A DNA stretch of 32,000 nucleotides from Candidatus Atelocyanobacterium thalassa isolate ALOHA. GTDB lineage: Bacteria; Cyanobacteriota; Cyanobacteriia; Cyanobacteriales; Microcystaceae. The notes under the pieces were generated by a model. It was not told where the DNA came from and ran no database searches. It saw nothing but the letters and a program-made list of their open reading frames with translations. The DNA lies in assembly GCF_000025125.1 (NCBI RefSeq), contig NC_013771.1:1170001-1202000 (forward strand), read 5' to 3'. Positions 9,332-19,775 of this stretch are shown piece by piece (within the stretch, counting starts at the first letter, position 1; every line of letters begins with the position of its first letter). A program made the translations under genes and the position numbers.

Positions 9332-9694
9332 ATGGCACTTGACATGACAACAGAGGCTAAAGCCATTTCCAAATATATACGAATGTCACCATTTAAGGTA
9401 AGACGCGTATTAGACCAAATTCGTGGGCGTTCTTATCGCGAAGCTCTCATCATTCTTGAGTTTATGCCTTATAAAGCTTGCGAACCAATTATTAAACTTT
9501 TACGTTCTGCTGTTGCTAACGCTGAGCATAATAAAGGACTTGATCCAGCTACCTTATTTATTAGTAAGGCTTATGCTGATGGAGGCCCAAGTTTAAAAAG
9601 GTTTCGTCCTAGAGCTCAGGGACGCGCCTATCAAATCCGTAAACCTACATGTCATATAACCATTGCAGTTGCATCTGAGGTGGAATCAAAATGA
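9332..9694 (+). CDS. rplV: 50S ribosomal protein L22 (uL22)
   Basis: 120 aa, [38 protein letters not shown]... Confidence 0.96.
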   Translation: MALDMTTEAKAISKYIRMSPFKVRRVLDQIRGRSYREALIILEFMPYKACEPIIKLLRSAVANAEHNKGLDPATLFISKAYADGGPSLKRFRPRAQGRAYQIRKPTCHITIAVASEVESK

Positions 9695-9726
9695 TATGTA
9701 TCCCTAAAAAATAGCCAAGAGAACAT

Positions 9727-10449
9727 ATGGGACAGAAAATACATCCAATTGGTTTTCGTTTAGGTATTACCAAAGAACATAAATCTCGCTGGTATGCTGA
9801 TAAAAGACGCTATCCAGAATTGCTACAGGAAGATTTAGCTGTTAGAAAGCATATCGAGAAAAACCTCAGTAATGCTGGCATAGCTGATATTCGAATAGAG
9901 CGCAAAGCCGATCAAATCGATTTAGCAATTCATACTGCCCGCCCTGGAGTAGTAGTAGGAAGAGGAGGTAGTGGAATTGAGCAATTAAGAACTGCTCTTC
10001 AAAAAAACTTAGGGGAAAATCGTCAAATTCGGATTAATGTGATTGAAGTATCTAGAGTTGATGCGGATGCCGCATTAATTGCTGAATACATAACCCAACA
10101 GTTAGAGCGAAGAGTTTCTTTCCGCCGAGTAGTTAGACAAGCCATTCAAAGAGCGCAAAGAGCAGAAGTTAAGGGTATCAAAATCCAAGTTGGAGGACGT
10201 CTTAACGGAGCTGAAATTGCAAGATCTGAATGGGTGAGAGAAGGACGTGTTCCTCTCCACACTCTTAGAGCAGATATTGATTATTCATATCGAACAGCAC
10301 AAACAACTTACGGTATTTTAGGAGTTAAAGTTTGGGTTTTCAAAGGAGAAATAATCCCAGGACAAGAAGAGCAGACTACAACTTCTGCTCCTCCAACTCC
10401 AAAACGTAATCGTCGAAAGCAGTTTGAAGACCGTTCTAATGAAGAATAG
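9727..10449 (+). CDS. rpsC: 30S ribosomal protein S3 (uS3)
   Basis: [24 protein letters not shown]... followed by a KH domain and [13 protein letters not shown]. Confidence 0.97.
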   Translation: MGQKIHPIGFRLGITKEHKSRWYADKRRYPELLQEDLAVRKHIEKNLSNAGIADIRIERKADQIDLAIHTARPGVVVGRGGSGIEQLRTALQKNLGENRQIRINVIEVSRVDADAALIAEYITQQLERRVSFRRVVRQAIQRAQRAEVKGIKIQVGGRLNGAEIARSEWVREGRVPLHTLRADIDYSYRTAQTTYGILGVKVWVFKGEIIPGQEEQTTTSAPPTPKRNRRKQFEDRSNEE

Positions 10450-10486
10450 TTAAGACTGTTAATTTACAAGTTACTATTGACTATAA

Positions 10487-10906
10487 ATGTTAAGTCCTAA
10501 AAGAACAAAATTCCGTAAACAACAACGAGGCAGGATGAGAGGATTGGCTTATCGAGGCAGTACTCTCAATTTTGGAGAATACGCTCTTCAAGCCATAGAA
10601 CCTTGCTGGATTACTGCTCGCCAAATAGAAGCTGCCCGTCGTGCCATGACTCGTTATATACGCAGAGGTGGAAAAATTTGGATTAGAATTTTTCCAGACA
10701 AACCTGTCACTATGCGTGCAGCAGAAACTCGAATGGGTTCAGGAAAAGGGTCCCCAGAATATTGGGTTGCTGTGGTAAAACCAGGTCGTATCATGTTTGA
10801 ACTTTCTGGAGTTACTGAGCCTATCGCTCGTGAAGCTATGCGTCTCGCCGCGCAAAAACTTCCTATTAAAACAAAGTTCATTACTGACAAGGAGGAGTAT
10901 ATTTAA
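10487..10906 (+). CDS. rplP: 50S ribosomal protein L16 (uL16)
   Basis: [21 protein letters not shown]...[26 protein letters not shown]. Confidence 0.97.
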   Translation: MLSPKRTKFRKQQRGRMRGLAYRGSTLNFGEYALQAIEPCWITARQIEAARRAMTRYIRRGGKIWIRIFPDKPVTMRAAETRMGSGKGSPEYWVAVVKPGRIMFELSGVTEPIAREAMRLAAQKLPIKTKFITDKEEYI

Positions 10907-10908
10907 TT

Positions 10909-11145
10909 ATGGCTCTACCTAAGATTGGAGAAATTCGAGATCTTGATGATAAAGATTTGGCAGCAGAAGTTCTTGCTGCTAAAAAGAAACTTTTTGATTT
11001 AAGATTCCAACAAGCTACTCGTCAATTAGAAAAAACTCACGAGTTTAAACATACTCGTCATCGTATAGCCCAGCTATTAACGGTTGAGCGAGAACGCCAG
11101 CTTAGTAAAAATAATTCTAAATCAACTCCATCTAAAGGAGAATAA
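10909..11145 (+). CDS. rpmC: 50S ribosomal protein L29 (uL29)
   Basis: 78 aa, IRDLDDKDLAAEVLAAKKKLFDLRFQQATRQLEKTHEFKHTRHRIAQLLTV. The start lies 2 nt after the rplP stop. Confidence 0.95.
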   Translation: MALPKIGEIRDLDDKDLAAEVLAAKKKLFDLRFQQATRQLEKTHEFKHTRHRIAQLLTVERERQLSKNNSKSTPSKGE

Positions 11146-11153
11146 TTTAAACT

Positions 11154-11397
11154 ATGGCAGTAAAAGAAAAGGTTGGAGTCGTAGTTAGTGCTCAAATGGA
11201 TAAAACCATTGTGGTAGCAGTAGAAAACCGTTCTCCCCATCCAAAATATGGAAAGATTATCGTAAAGACCAAAAAATTCAAAGCTCATGACCAAGAGAAT
11301 AAGTGTCAAAGAAGGAGATAGAGTTCGTATCCAAGAAACTCGCCCTCTAAGTAAGACAAAACGGTGGGTCATGACTGAAATTTTAACCTCTCATTAA
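11154..11397 (+). pseudogene. rpsQ: 30S ribosomal protein S17 (uS17), interrupted by a single-base (+1) frameshift in the sequence as given
   Basis: Not in the ORF track. Frame A from ATG 11154 reads [52 protein letters not shown], then RRR and TAG (11319-11321). The +1 frame from 11311 reads [28 protein letters not shown] and ends at TAA (11395-11397). Both halves are unmistakably uS17, and the position between rpmC and rplN is the expected one. Removing one base in CAAAG (11307-11311) restores an 80-codon gene. Confidence 0.85.
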
Positions 11398-11415
11398 ATC
11401 ACTTAAATTAATATC

Positions 11416-11784
11416 GTGATTCAACAGCAAACTTATCTTAATGTCGCCGACAATAGTGGAGCTCGTAAACTAATGTGTTTACGTGTCTTAGGAACCGGAA
11501 ATTGCCGATATGGGGCAATCGGCGATCAAATCGTTGCCGTCGTTAAAGACGCAATACCTAACATGCCCGTTAAACGCTCTGATATTGTCAAAGCAGTTAT
11601 TGTACGAACCCGCCAAGCCATTAATCGTGAAAACGGTATGAGCATAAGGTTTGATGATAATGCTGCTGTGATAATAAATCCAGACGGCAATCCAAAAGGG
11701 ACTCGAGTTTTTGGTCCAGTGGCAAGAGAACTTCGAGACAAAAGTTATACAAAAATTGTTTCTTTGGCACCAGAGGTACTTTAA
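11416..11784 (+). CDS. rplN: 50S ribosomal protein L14 (uL14)
   Basis: [26 protein letters not shown]... with a GTG start at 11416. Confidence 0.97.
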   Translation: MIQQQTYLNVADNSGARKLMCLRVLGTGNCRYGAIGDQIVAVVKDAIPNMPVKRSDIVKAVIVRTRQAINRENGMSIRFDDNAAVIINPDGNPKGTRVFGPVARELRDKSYTKIVSLAPEVL

Positions 11785-12128
11785 TGAATAAAAAAAATCA
11801 ACCTAAACGTTGCAAAATGCACGTTAAAGTTGGAGACAACATACAAGTAATCTCCGGAAAAGACAAGGGTAAAATTGGAGAAATTACAAAAATTTTTCCT
11901 AAAACTAGCCAGGTCATTATAAAAGGAACTAACGTTAAGACTAAACACGTTAAACCTCAACAAGAAGGAGAATCTGGACAAATTACCACTTTTGAAGCTC
12001 CTATTCATAGTTCTAGCGTAATGTTGTACTCCAGCAAGAAACAAGTAGCGAGTCGTATTAATTACACTCTTAATGAGGCAGGTAAGAAAGTACGTATTCT
12101 TAAAAAAACAGGAGAAATTATCGACTAA
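11784..12128 (+). CDS. rplX: 50S ribosomal protein L24 (uL24)
   Basis: [28 protein letters not shown] (KOW motif). The start overlaps the rplN stop (TAATG). Confidence 0.95.
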   Translation: MNKKNQPKRCKMHVKVGDNIQVISGKDKGKIGEITKIFPKTSQVIIKGTNVKTKHVKPQQEGESGQITTFEAPIHSSSVMLYSSKKQVASRINYTLNEAGKKVRILKKTGEIID

Positions 12129-12198
12129 TTCGATATTTCTTAAGTGACAATTAACACTTATTTTCCTCTGACAAAGCCCAGAGATAGAGAAAGATACT

Positions 12199-12744
12199 AT
12201 GGTCCAATCTAGACTAAAAACTATTTACCAAGAAACCATTGTAGTTAAGTTAAAACAACAATTTAACTATACAAATGTCCATCAGGTTCCTAAGGTTTTA
12301 AAAGTTAACATTAATAGAGGTTTAGGAGAAGCATCACAAAATGCTAAAGCTCTAGAATCTTCTATTCGTGAATTCGAAATTATCACTGGTCAAAAGCCAA
12401 TTATTACCCGTGCTAAAACAGCAATCGCAGGTTTCAAGATTCGTGAAGGAATGCCAGTAGGCGTAATGGTAACATTACGTTCTGAAAAAATGTATTCCTT
12501 CCTTGACCGGTTAATCAATATAGCTTTACCTAGGATTAGAGACTTTAGAGGTATTAGTCCAAAAAGCTTTGATGGACGAGGCAACTATAGTCTTGGTATT
12601 CGAGAACAATTAATCTTCCCAGAAATTGATTATGACACCATTGATCAAATTCGAGGTATGGATGTTTCTATTATTACTACCGCCCAAACTGATGAAGAAG
12701 GGCGTGCGTTATTAAAAGAAATGGGAATGCCCTTCCGTACTTAG
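12199..12744 (+). CDS. rplE: 50S ribosomal protein L5 (uL5)
   Basis: 181 aa, [28 protein letters not shown]...[23 protein letters not shown]. Confidence 0.97.
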   Translation: MVQSRLKTIYQETIVVKLKQQFNYTNVHQVPKVLKVNINRGLGEASQNAKALESSIREFEIITGQKPIITRAKTAIAGFKIREGMPVGVMVTLRSEKMYSFLDRLINIALPRIRDFRGISPKSFDGRGNYSLGIREQLIFPEIDYDTIDQIRGMDVSIITTAQTDEEGRALLKEMGMPFRT

Positions 12745-12781
12745 TAATCCTTTATCTTACAGGAGAAACTCATTAGCAACA

Positions 12782-13183
12782 ATGGCACCTAACGATACTA
12801 TCTCAGACATGTTGACCCGTATTCGCAACGCTTGTGCGGTACGACATCCAACAACAAAAGTTCCCACGACAAGAATGACTCGAAGTATTGCTCAAGTTCT
12901 TAAAGAAGAGGGGTTTATACAAAGCTTTGAAGAAATGGGAGAAGGTGTGCAAAAGCACCTTGTTATTTCTCTTAAATACAAAGCAAGAGGTCGCCAACCT
13001 ATTATCAATACACTACGTCGGGTTAGTAAACCTGGACTAAGAGTTTATTCTCACAGAAAAGACTTACCTCGTGTACTTGGAGGTATTGGCGTTGCTATTA
13101 TTTCAACTTCCAAAGGAATTATGACGGATAGAGAAGCACGTCGTCAAAATGTTGGCGGCGAAGTTTTATGCTACATCTGGTAG
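12782..13183 (+). CDS. rpsH: 30S ribosomal protein S8 (uS8)
   Basis: [18 protein letters not shown]...[34 protein letters not shown]. rpsN is not between rplE and rpsH, which is the cyanobacterial arrangement. Confidence 0.97.
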   Translation: MAPNDTISDMLTRIRNACAVRHPTTKVPTTRMTRSIAQVLKEEGFIQSFEEMGEGVQKHLVISLKYKARGRQPIINTLRRVSKPGLRVYSHRKDLPRVLGGIGVAIISTSKGIMTDREARRQNVGGEVLCYIW

Positions 13184-13256
13184 TAATAGGACAAGTTATC
13201 ATCTCTGTCTTAAATAATATTTAATCTATCAAATAATTACTGAAAACGTAAAAACA

Positions 13257-13796
13257 ATGTCTCGTATCGGTAAACGCCCAATTACATTACCTGATAAAGT
13301 TACTATTGACATTAAAGGTCAATATATTACTGTAAAAGGTCCTAAAGGATCTTTAGAACGTGAACTTCCTTCTAGAGTACAACTCAACAAAGAAGGAGAA
13401 ACTCTTATGGTTCAAAGACAAGACGATTCTCTCATTTCTCGTGAACGTCATGGATTATGTCGCACCTTAGTAGCTAACATGGTTCATGGAGTATCAGCAG
13501 GATTTGAAAAGCGTCTTAGTATTCAGGGAGTAGGATATCGTGCTCAAGCTAAAGGTACTAAACTAACTCTTAATGTTGGCTATAGTAAACCAGTAGAAAT
13601 AGCTATGCCCAATGGTATTAATGTTGCTGTTGAAAATAATACGTTAGTTATTATTAGCGGCATTGATAAAGAAATAGTTGGAAATATAGCTGCTAAGATT
13701 AGAGCAGTAAGACCTCCAGAACCTTATAAAGGCAAAGGTATTCGTTATCTTAATGAGTTTGTTGTTCGTAAGGCAGGTAAGTCAGGTAAAAAGTAA
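13257..13796 (+). CDS. rplF: 50S ribosomal protein L6 (uL6)
   Basis: [37 protein letters not shown]...[12 protein letters not shown]. Confidence 0.97.
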   Translation: MSRIGKRPITLPDKVTIDIKGQYITVKGPKGSLERELPSRVQLNKEGETLMVQRQDDSLISRERHGLCRTLVANMVHGVSAGFEKRLSIQGVGYRAQAKGTKLTLNVGYSKPVEIAMPNGINVAVENNTLVIISGIDKEIVGNIAAKIRAVRPPEPYKGKGIRYLNEFVVRKAGKSGKK

Positions 13797-13803
13797 TTAA
13801 ATT

Positions 13804-14166
13804 ATGAAGCTCACACGAAGAGAATCTTTAAAACGCCGTCATCAACGCATTCGGAAAAAAGTTAGTGGAACATCAAATTGTCCTCGTTTAGCTGTCTTCC
13901 GTTCTAATCAACATATTTATGCCCAAATAATTGATGACATAAAACAGCACACATTAGCAGCTGCTTCTACCTTAGAACCAGGTTTAAAAGAAGCCGCAGC
14001 ATCAAGTTCTAGTTGCGAAGCATCATCAGCGGTAGGAAAGCTAGTTGCTGAGCGATTAATCGCAAAGGGAATCGAACAAGTTGTGTTTGATAGGGGTGGT
14101 AATCTTTACCACGGCAGAGTTAAAGCTTTAGCTGAAGCTGCTCGTGAAGCAGGATTGAAATTCTAA
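13804..14166 (+). CDS. rplR: 50S ribosomal protein L18 (uL18)
   Basis: 120 aa, [34 protein letters not shown]...[28 protein letters not shown]. Confidence 0.96.
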   Translation: MKLTRRESLKRRHQRIRKKVSGTSNCPRLAVFRSNQHIYAQIIDDIKQHTLAAASTLEPGLKEAAASSSSCEASSAVGKLVAERLIAKGIEQVVFDRGGNLYHGRVKALAEAAREAGLKF

Positions 14167-14205
14167 CTAAAAGCATTAATATCTTTACACCAAGTAGTAA
14201 AAATT

Positions 14206-14727
14206 ATGGCAAAAAATCGTAAAAACAACAGAGATAAGGCTAAAGAGACTAACTGGCAAGAACGAGTTATTCAAATTCGTAGGGTTAGTAAAGTTGTTAA
14301 AGGAGGGAAAAAACTTAGCTTTCGCGCAGTTGTTATTATTGGTAATGAGAAAGGACAAGTAGGAGTTGGAGTTGGTAAAGCTGGAGATGTTATTGGAGCA
14401 GTTCGAAAAGGAGTTGCAGACGGTAAGAAACAACTTGTTGACGTCTCAATAACAAAGTCTAGTTCAATTACTCATATAACAAAAGGAGTAGCTGGAGGAG
14501 CAAGAGTTATTGTACGTCCAGCGGCCCCTGGTACTGGAGTAATTGCTGGCGGAGCTGTCAGGACAGTTTTAGAATTAGCTGGGCTTAAGAATATTTTAGC
14601 TAAGCAACTAGGCTCTAACAATCCTCTTAACAATGCAAGAGCAGCTGTAGATGCACTTGAAGGTTTAAGAACATTATCAGAGGTCGCGCAAGAAAGAGAC
14701 GTTCCTTTAGAACATCTTTATGCTTAA
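14206..14727 (+). CDS. rpsE: 30S ribosomal protein S5 (uS5)
   Basis: 173 aa, [44 protein letters not shown]... Confidence 0.97.
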   Translation: MAKNRKNNRDKAKETNWQERVIQIRRVSKVVKGGKKLSFRAVVIIGNEKGQVGVGVGKAGDVIGAVRKGVADGKKQLVDVSITKSSSITHITKGVAGGARVIVRPAAPGTGVIAGGAVRTVLELAGLKNILAKQLGSNNPLNNARAAVDALEGLRTLSEVAQERDVPLEHLYA

Positions 14728-14762
14728 ATCTAGTTTTGTAATTATTAATTTTAAGAAATCTT

Positions 14763-15227
14763 ATGAGAATTCATAATCTTAGTCCTCAAGAAGGATCGAC
14801 AAAACGTCGTCGCCGTGTAGGTAGAGGTATTTCCGCTGGTCAAGGCGCAAGTGGTGGTTTCGGGATGCGGGGTCAAAAATCTCGTTCAGGAACAGGCACT
14901 AAAGCGGGTTTTGAAGGAGGACAAATGCCTCTTTATCGTCGAGTCCCGAAATTAAAGCATTTCCCTTTGGTTAATCCTAGTAAATTTACCATTATCAATG
15001 TCAGTAAACTAAATAATCTAGCAGCTAATAGTAACGTTGATTTAGATAGTTTAATGCAACAAAGAATAGTCACTAGCAATGATGGTCCATTAAAAATATT
15101 AGGTGATGGAGAATTAAATGTTGCTTTAATGGTTAAGGCAGCTGCATTCACCAAGTCTGCTCAAAGAAAAATTGAAAGTGCTGGTGGAAGCTGCCAAAAT
15201 ACATCAAATATCACAACTGATAAATAA
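14763..15227 (+). CDS. rplO: 50S ribosomal protein L15 (uL15)
   Basis: 154 aa, [28 protein letters not shown]...[15 protein letters not shown]. It follows rpsE directly with no rpmD, as in cyanobacteria. Confidence 0.96.
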   Translation: MRIHNLSPQEGSTKRRRRVGRGISAGQGASGGFGMRGQKSRSGTGTKAGFEGGQMPLYRRVPKLKHFPLVNPSKFTIINVSKLNNLAANSNVDLDSLMQQRIVTSNDGPLKILGDGELNVALMVKAAAFTKSAQRKIESAGGSCQNTSNITTDK

Positions 15228-15252
15228 TCGTTGATAAACTAGGTTATTACCC

Positions 15253-16569
15253 ATGGTCGTCAGTCGAGACAAAACACCCACAGCACAAGAAACATTTTTG
15301 CAAATGGCTCAAGCAGCCGGATTGCGGAGTCGTTTACTAATTACAATTGGTCTGCTAACTTTAATTCGTTTTGGGATTTTTATCCCTATTCCTGGTATTG
15401 ATAGAGAAAAGTTTATTAGTGCCATTAGCAATAGTCCAGTTTTGGGATTCTTAGATATCTTTACAGGTGGTGGTATTTCCACTTTAGGTATTTTTGCTTT
15501 AGGGATACTTCCTTTTATCAACGCTTCTATTATTATGCAGCTATTAACTGCTGCAATTCCATCTTTGGAAGATCTTCAAAAAAACGAAGGAGAAGCCGGA
15601 AGACGTAAAATCTCACAAATAACTAGATATGTAGCTGCTGGATGGGCAGTAATACAAAGTACTGCTATCACCGTGGGTCTGTTACGAGAGTACGCTCTAA
15701 GTGATACATTTTGGTTTGTACCAGAGACTGTATTAGCATTAACAGCAGGTTCTATGTTTGTAATGTGGGTATCAGAGCTAATTACAGAGCGAGGAATTGG
15801 TAATGGTGCTTCCCTATTAATTTTTGTCAATATTGTGGCAAGCTTACCAAGAACTTTAGGGCAAACTATTGATTACGCTCAAACTGGTGGTAGACAAGCA
15901 GTTGCGCAAGTAATTATTTTATTACTTGTTTTCCTAGTAATGATAGTAGGAATTGTTTTTGTACAAGAAGGGACACGCCGCATCCCTATTATATCTGCTC
16001 GTCGTCAAGTAGGTCGTAAGCTATATAGAGAAAGAACAAGTTACTTACCTTTGAGACTTAATCAAGGAGGTGTAATGCCTATCATTTTTGCGTCGGCAGT
16101 TCTGATCTTGCCTCAAAGTTTAATTGGTTTCCTTGGTAGTGGAGGTGTTGTCACTGAAACTCTTATTAAGGTTACGAATGCTTTAAGGCCGGGCACCTGG
16201 ACCTATGTCGGAGTTTACTCCATTCTAATTCTATTTTTTAGTTATTTTTATGCTTCTTTAATTGTTAACCCTGAAGACATATCAAAAAATCTTAAAAAAA
16301 TGGGATCTAGTATTCCCGGTATACGACCTGGTCAAAAAACAAAAGAATACTTAGAAGGAGTTTTAAATCGCCTAACTTTTTTAGGAGCTGGTTTTTTGAG
16401 TTTCGTTGCAACAGTCCCGACCTTAGTTGAAGGAGCTACTGGAGTTACTACATTCAGGGGCTTAGGGGCCACATCATTGCTAATACTAGTTGGTGTTGCA
16501 ATTGATACAGCAAAACAAATTCAAACTTATGTAATTTCTCAACGTTATGAGGGAATGGTCAAGCAGTAG
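15253..16569 (+). CDS. secY: Preprotein translocase subunit SecY
   Basis: 438-aa polytopic ORF with SecY motifs (LGILPFINASIIMQLL, SELITERGIGNGASLLIF). Conserved position after rplO. Confidence 0.97.
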   Translation: MVVSRDKTPTAQETFLQMAQAAGLRSRLLITIGLLTLIRFGIFIPIPGIDREKFISAISNSPVLGFLDIFTGGGISTLGIFALGILPFINASIIMQLLTAAIPSLEDLQKNEGEAGRRKISQITRYVAAGWAVIQSTAITVGLLREYALSDTFWFVPETVLALTAGSMFVMWVSELITERGIGNGASLLIFVNIVASLPRTLGQTIDYAQTGGRQAVAQVIILLLVFLVMIVGIVFVQEGTRRIPIISARRQVGRKLYRERTSYLPLRLNQGGVMPIIFASAVLILPQSLIGFLGSGGVVTETLIKVTNALRPGTWTYVGVYSILILFFSYFYASLIVNPEDISKNLKKMGSSIPGIRPGQKTKEYLEGVLNRLTFLGAGFLSFVATVPTLVEGATGVTTFRGLGATSLLILVGVAIDTAKQIQTYVISQRYEGMVKQ

Positions 16570-16646
16570 GAAGTCATAAAGAACTTTAATATTTTTTACC
16601 TATTAATTGATCACTTAAATATGCAAAAAACATTGTCAAGAAGATT

Positions 16647-17228
16647 ATGAGTACAGGAAAAGGGTTGATTTTTTTAGGTCCTCCCGGTTCTGGAAAAGGA
16701 ACCCAAGCTCAAAAGCTATCAGCAGAATTTAACATTCCTCATATTTCTACTGGAGAAATGTTAAGGGAAGCTATAGCTGGTCAAACAAAGCTGGGACAAG
16801 AAGCCCAATCTTATGTTGATAAGGGGGAATTAGTTCCTGACAAATTACTGTTAGGTTTAATTCAAGAACGATTAAATGAAAAAGATGCACAAAAAGGATG
16901 GATTCTAGATGGATTCCCTCGTAATATTTTTCAAGCAGAGTTCTTAGATACATTACTTAAGGGATTAAGTAAATTTTCAGAACAGGCGGTTAATTTAGAA
17001 GTTCCTGATGAGGTGATTGTAGAACGGCTATTGCTCAGAGGAAGAAAAGATGATAGTGAACAAACTATTCGTCGACGTCTAGAGGTATATAGAGAAAAAA
17101 CTCAACTTGTATTAGATTACTATCGTCAAAATGAAAGACTTATTTCTATTGATGGTAATCTTAAACCAGGTGAAGTCACAACTATATTAAAAGATACGCT
17201 TACTTCTGGATTAACTGAAATTTTCTGA
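16647..17228 (+). CDS. adk: Adenylate kinase (short-LID type)
   Basis: P-loop GPPGSGKGTQAQKL, ISTGEMLREA, GWILDGFPRN. Conserved position after secY. Confidence 0.96.
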   Translation: MSTGKGLIFLGPPGSGKGTQAQKLSAEFNIPHISTGEMLREAIAGQTKLGQEAQSYVDKGELVPDKLLLGLIQERLNEKDAQKGWILDGFPRNIFQAEFLDTLLKGLSKFSEQAVNLEVPDEVIVERLLLRGRKDDSEQTIRRRLEVYREKTQLVLDYYRQNERLISIDGNLKPGEVTTILKDTLTSGLTEIF

Positions 17229-17330
17229 ATATCAAAATTATAGATAATTTAGATTACATCTGGAACAATTCTTTTTTCAAGAACAAGTTACTAATTTTTT
17301 TGTATTATACTTATTTGAGGCATATCAATT

Positions 17331-17558
17331 GTGTCAAAACAAGATTTGATAGAAATGGAAGGAACAGTGACAGAATCCCTTCCAAATGCAATGTTTAGAG
17401 TAGATTTAGATAATGGGTTTAATGTACTAGCCCATATTTCTGGAAAGATCCGTCGAAATTATATTAAAATTTTACCGGGAGATAGGGTTAAAGTTGAGCT
17501 TACACCTTATGATTTGACTAAAGGTAGAATTACATATCGGCTTAAAGGGAAAAAATAA
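17331..17558 (+). CDS. infA: Translation initiation factor IF-1
   Basis: 75 aa, [64 protein letters not shown], with a GTG start. Confidence 0.97.
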   Translation: MSKQDLIEMEGTVTESLPNAMFRVDLDNGFNVLAHISGKIRRNYIKILPGDRVKVELTPYDLTKGRITYRLKGKK

Positions 17559-17602
17559 AAAATTAACGACTATAATTTTTACTATTTATCTTTTTGAATA
17601 GG

Positions 17603-17632
17603 CTGACAAAAACAGAGATATCTTGATATAAT
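17603..17632 (+). promoter_or_regulatory. Candidate internal promoter ahead of rpmJ-rpsM-rpsK-rpoA-rplQ
   Basis: -35 CTGACA (17603-17608), 18-nt spacer, extended -10 TGATATAAT (TG at 17624-17625, TATAAT at 17627-17632). It sits 32 nt upstream of the rpmJ ATG. Prediction only. Confidence 0.35.
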
Positions 17633-17663
17633 AAAAGGCTTGCAGTCTTGCTGTTAAAAACTT

Positions 17664-17777
17664 ATGAAAGTTAGACCATCCGTTAAAAAAATGTGTGATA
17701 AATGTCGCGTAATTAAGCGACGAGGGAAAGTTATGGTACTTTGTATCAATCCAAAACATAAACAACGTCAAGGTTAA
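17664..17777 (+). CDS. rpmJ: 50S ribosomal protein L36 (bL36)
   Basis: Too short for the ORF track. Hand translation gives [37 protein letters not shown] then a stop (37 aa), which is canonical bL36 with the C-x2-C...C-x4-H zinc pattern. Expected position between infA and rpsM. Confidence 0.95.
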   Translation: MKVRPSVKKMCDKCRVIKRRGKVMVLCINPKHKQRQG

Positions 17778-17839
17778 AAAGTTAATATAGTAGCTTTTTG
17801 ATCTGTTGAATATACTAAAAATGCTTAGAGGATAAAAAA

Positions 17840-18223
17840 TTGGCGAGAATATCTGGTGTTGATCTACCAAGAGATAAAAGGATCGAAATTGGACTAACCT
17901 ATTTATTTGGTATTGGTCTATCAAGATCTCAAAAAATATTAGCCGAAACAGGTGTTAATCCTGATATTCGCGTAAGAGACTTAAGCGATGAAGATCTTAC
18001 TTCCCTTAGAGTCTATATTGATGAAAACTTTCAAATCGAAGGTGATTTGAGACGTTGGGAAGCTATGAACATAAAACGATTAGCAGATATTGGAACTTAT
18101 AGGGGCCGTCGTCATCGTCAAGGACTTCCTGTCCGAGGACAGCGAACAAGGACCAATGGAAGAACTCGTCGAGGAAGACGAGTTACAGTAGCAGGCAAGA
18201 AAAAAGCTCCTGCTAAGAAATAA
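17840..18223 (+). CDS. rpsM: 30S ribosomal protein S13 (uS13)
   Basis: [26 protein letters not shown]... The first codon is TTG (17840-17842), with AGAGGA 7 nt upstream. There is no in-frame ATG upstream. Confidence 0.96.
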   Translation: MARISGVDLPRDKRIEIGLTYLFGIGLSRSQKILAETGVNPDIRVRDLSDEDLTSLRVYIDENFQIEGDLRRWEAMNIKRLADIGTYRGRRHRQGLPVRGQRTRTNGRTRRGRRVTVAGKKKAPAKK

Positions 18224-18269
18224 TTAATGTTTATTTGTAATTTAAGTTACACACAATCTTAGTAAAAAT

Positions 18270-18662
18270 ATGGCACGACCAACTAAAAAAGGTGGACCAA
18301 AAAAACAAAAGAAGAACGTCCCTAATGGCGTTGCTCACATAAAGTCGACATTTAACAACACCATTGTGACAATCTCAGACACTAAAGGAGATGTTATCTC
18401 TTGGTCTTCTGCAGGAGCTAGTGGATTTAAAGGAGCCAAAAAAGGAACTCCTTTTGCTGCTCAAACTGCAGCTGACTCTGCTGCCCGACGTGCTATTGAC
18501 AATGGGATGCGACAAATAGAAGTTATGGTTAGTGGACCTGGTGCTGGCAGAGAAACTGCTATAAGAGCACTTCAAGGATCAGGGTTAGAAATTACGTTAA
18601 TCAGAGACGTTACACCCATTCCACATAATGGGTGCCGTCCTCCTAAGCGACGTCGAGTCTAG
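18270..18662 (+). CDS. rpsK: 30S ribosomal protein S11 (uS11)
   Basis: 130 aa, [49 protein letters not shown]...[13 protein letters not shown]. Confidence 0.97.
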   Translation: MARPTKKGGPKKQKKNVPNGVAHIKSTFNNTIVTISDTKGDVISWSSAGASGFKGAKKGTPFAAQTAADSAARRAIDNGMRQIEVMVSGPGAGRETAIRALQGSGLEITLIRDVTPIPHNGCRPPKRRRV

Positions 18663-18768
18663 TCTGATCTGATGTATTTAAGCTAAATATTTATAATTTA
18701 GTAAATCAGTAACTAATAGAAATATACGTTTGGACGAAGTCTTTGACAATGAAAAGAGGTGACAAGTA

Positions 18769-19713
18769 GTGGCACAGTTTCAAATTGAATGTGTAGAGTC
18801 TAAGACTCAAAAAAATCAAAGCCAATACAGTAAATTTGTTCTTGAGCCATTAGAAAGAGGTCAAGGGATAACTGTGGGTAATGCTCTCAGAAGAGTTTTA
18901 TTGGCGAACTTGGAAGGGACAGCAGTTACCGCCATAAGAATTGGCGGAGTTAACCATGAATTTGCTACAATACCAGGAGTTAGAGAAGATGTCCTAGAAA
19001 TCATATTAAATATGAAGGAGATCGTACTCAAAAGCCATACTGATCAAATTCAAATAGGTCGTTTAGTTGCAGTAGGTGCAGCTCATGTAACAGCAGCACA
19101 ATTTGATCTACCTTCAGAGGTGGAAATTATCAATCCTACTCAACCTATCGCAACTTTAACAGATGGTGCAAAACTTGAAATGGAGTTTCGCATTGAAAAG
19201 GGAATGGGCTATGTCCCAGTAGAAAGAGGGAAAGAGAAACAAGGAGCACTTGATTTTTTACAGATTGATGCTGTATTCATGCCAGTTACAAAAGTTAACT
19301 ATAGCGTAGAGAATATTAGAGGAGAAAGGAACGAAGTCAAAGATTCTTTAATGCTTGAAATTTGGACTAATGGTAGTGTTAATCCAAAAGAAGCTTTATC
19401 TCAAGCGACTGAAGTTCTAGTTAATTTATTTAGTCCTCTAAAAAATATTAATCAAATTGAAACTGTTGTTCCTGAATATCCAGATGAGGAAAATCCTCAA
19501 AGCCAGATTCCTATTGAAGAATTACAACTATCTGTACGAGCTTATAATTGTTTAAAAAGAGCACAAATAAATACAGTTGCTGATTTGTTAGATTATAGCC
19601 AAGAAGATTTATTAGAAATCAAGAATTTTGGTCAAAAATCTGCTGAAGAAGTCATTGAAGCTCTTCAAAAACGATTAGGGATCACTCTAGCACAAGAAAA
19701 AAACAAGGCTTAA
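18769..19713 (+). CDS. rpoA: DNA-directed RNA polymerase subunit alpha
   Basis: 314 aa with a GTG start. N-terminal domain: FVLEPLERGQGITVGNALRRVLL. C-terminal domain: IEELQLSVRAYNCLKRAQINTVADLL. Confidence 0.97.
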   Translation: MAQFQIECVESKTQKNQSQYSKFVLEPLERGQGITVGNALRRVLLANLEGTAVTAIRIGGVNHEFATIPGVREDVLEIILNMKEIVLKSHTDQIQIGRLVAVGAAHVTAAQFDLPSEVEIINPTQPIATLTDGAKLEMEFRIEKGMGYVPVERGKEKQGALDFLQIDAVFMPVTKVNYSVENIRGERNEVKDSLMLEIWTNGSVNPKEALSQATEVLVNLFSPLKNINQIETVVPEYPDEENPQSQIPIEELQLSVRAYNCLKRAQINTVADLLDYSQEDLLEIKNFGQKSAEEVIEALQKRLGITLAQEKNKA

Positions 19714-19775
19714 TTAATTATTATTAAAAGTCTGTAAGTGTTACTTTTTTACAACTTTAAGGAGACGTAACAAAA

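Noticed and set aside
11307-11321. The idea that rpsQ uses a prfB-style programmed +1 frameshift, because a Shine-Dalgarno-like AAGGAG (11311-11316) immediately precedes the frame-0 TAG stop (11319-11321).
   Set aside because: Homology places the frame change upstream, at CAAAG (11307-11311): EGD of the conserved GD-x-V motif is already in the +1 frame. The Shine-Dalgarno-like element therefore lies downstream of the required shift point, not 3 nt upstream of a slippery codon as in prfB. AGA-TAG is also not a known slippery context. I kept it only as a remote alternative in the main finding.
11058-11372. A 104-aa - strand ORF spanning the rpmC-rpsQ region.
   Set aside because: It is antisense to the two uS17 reading frames and to the end of rpmC. 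It stands out only because the frameshift keeps rpsQ itself off the ORF track.
17586-17924. A 112-aa - strand ORF covering the infA-rpsM spacer.
   Set aside because: It is antisense to the 37-codon rpmJ (17664..17777) and to the start of rpsM. The translation is F/Y/I/L-rich with no motif.
7827-18575. Many 60-112 aa ORFs on the - strand inside the ribosomal protein, secY and adk genes: 7827..8024, 8994..9224, 10654..10890, 11526..11741, 11781..12044, 12390..12584, 12803..12997, 14185..14433, 14933..15154, 15309..15521, 15576..15830, 16771..16953 and 18375..18575.
   Set aside because: Each lies antisense to a gene that is confidently identified by homology. Their translations are low-complexity or compositionally odd, with no recognisable motifs. 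This is typical of shadow ORFs.
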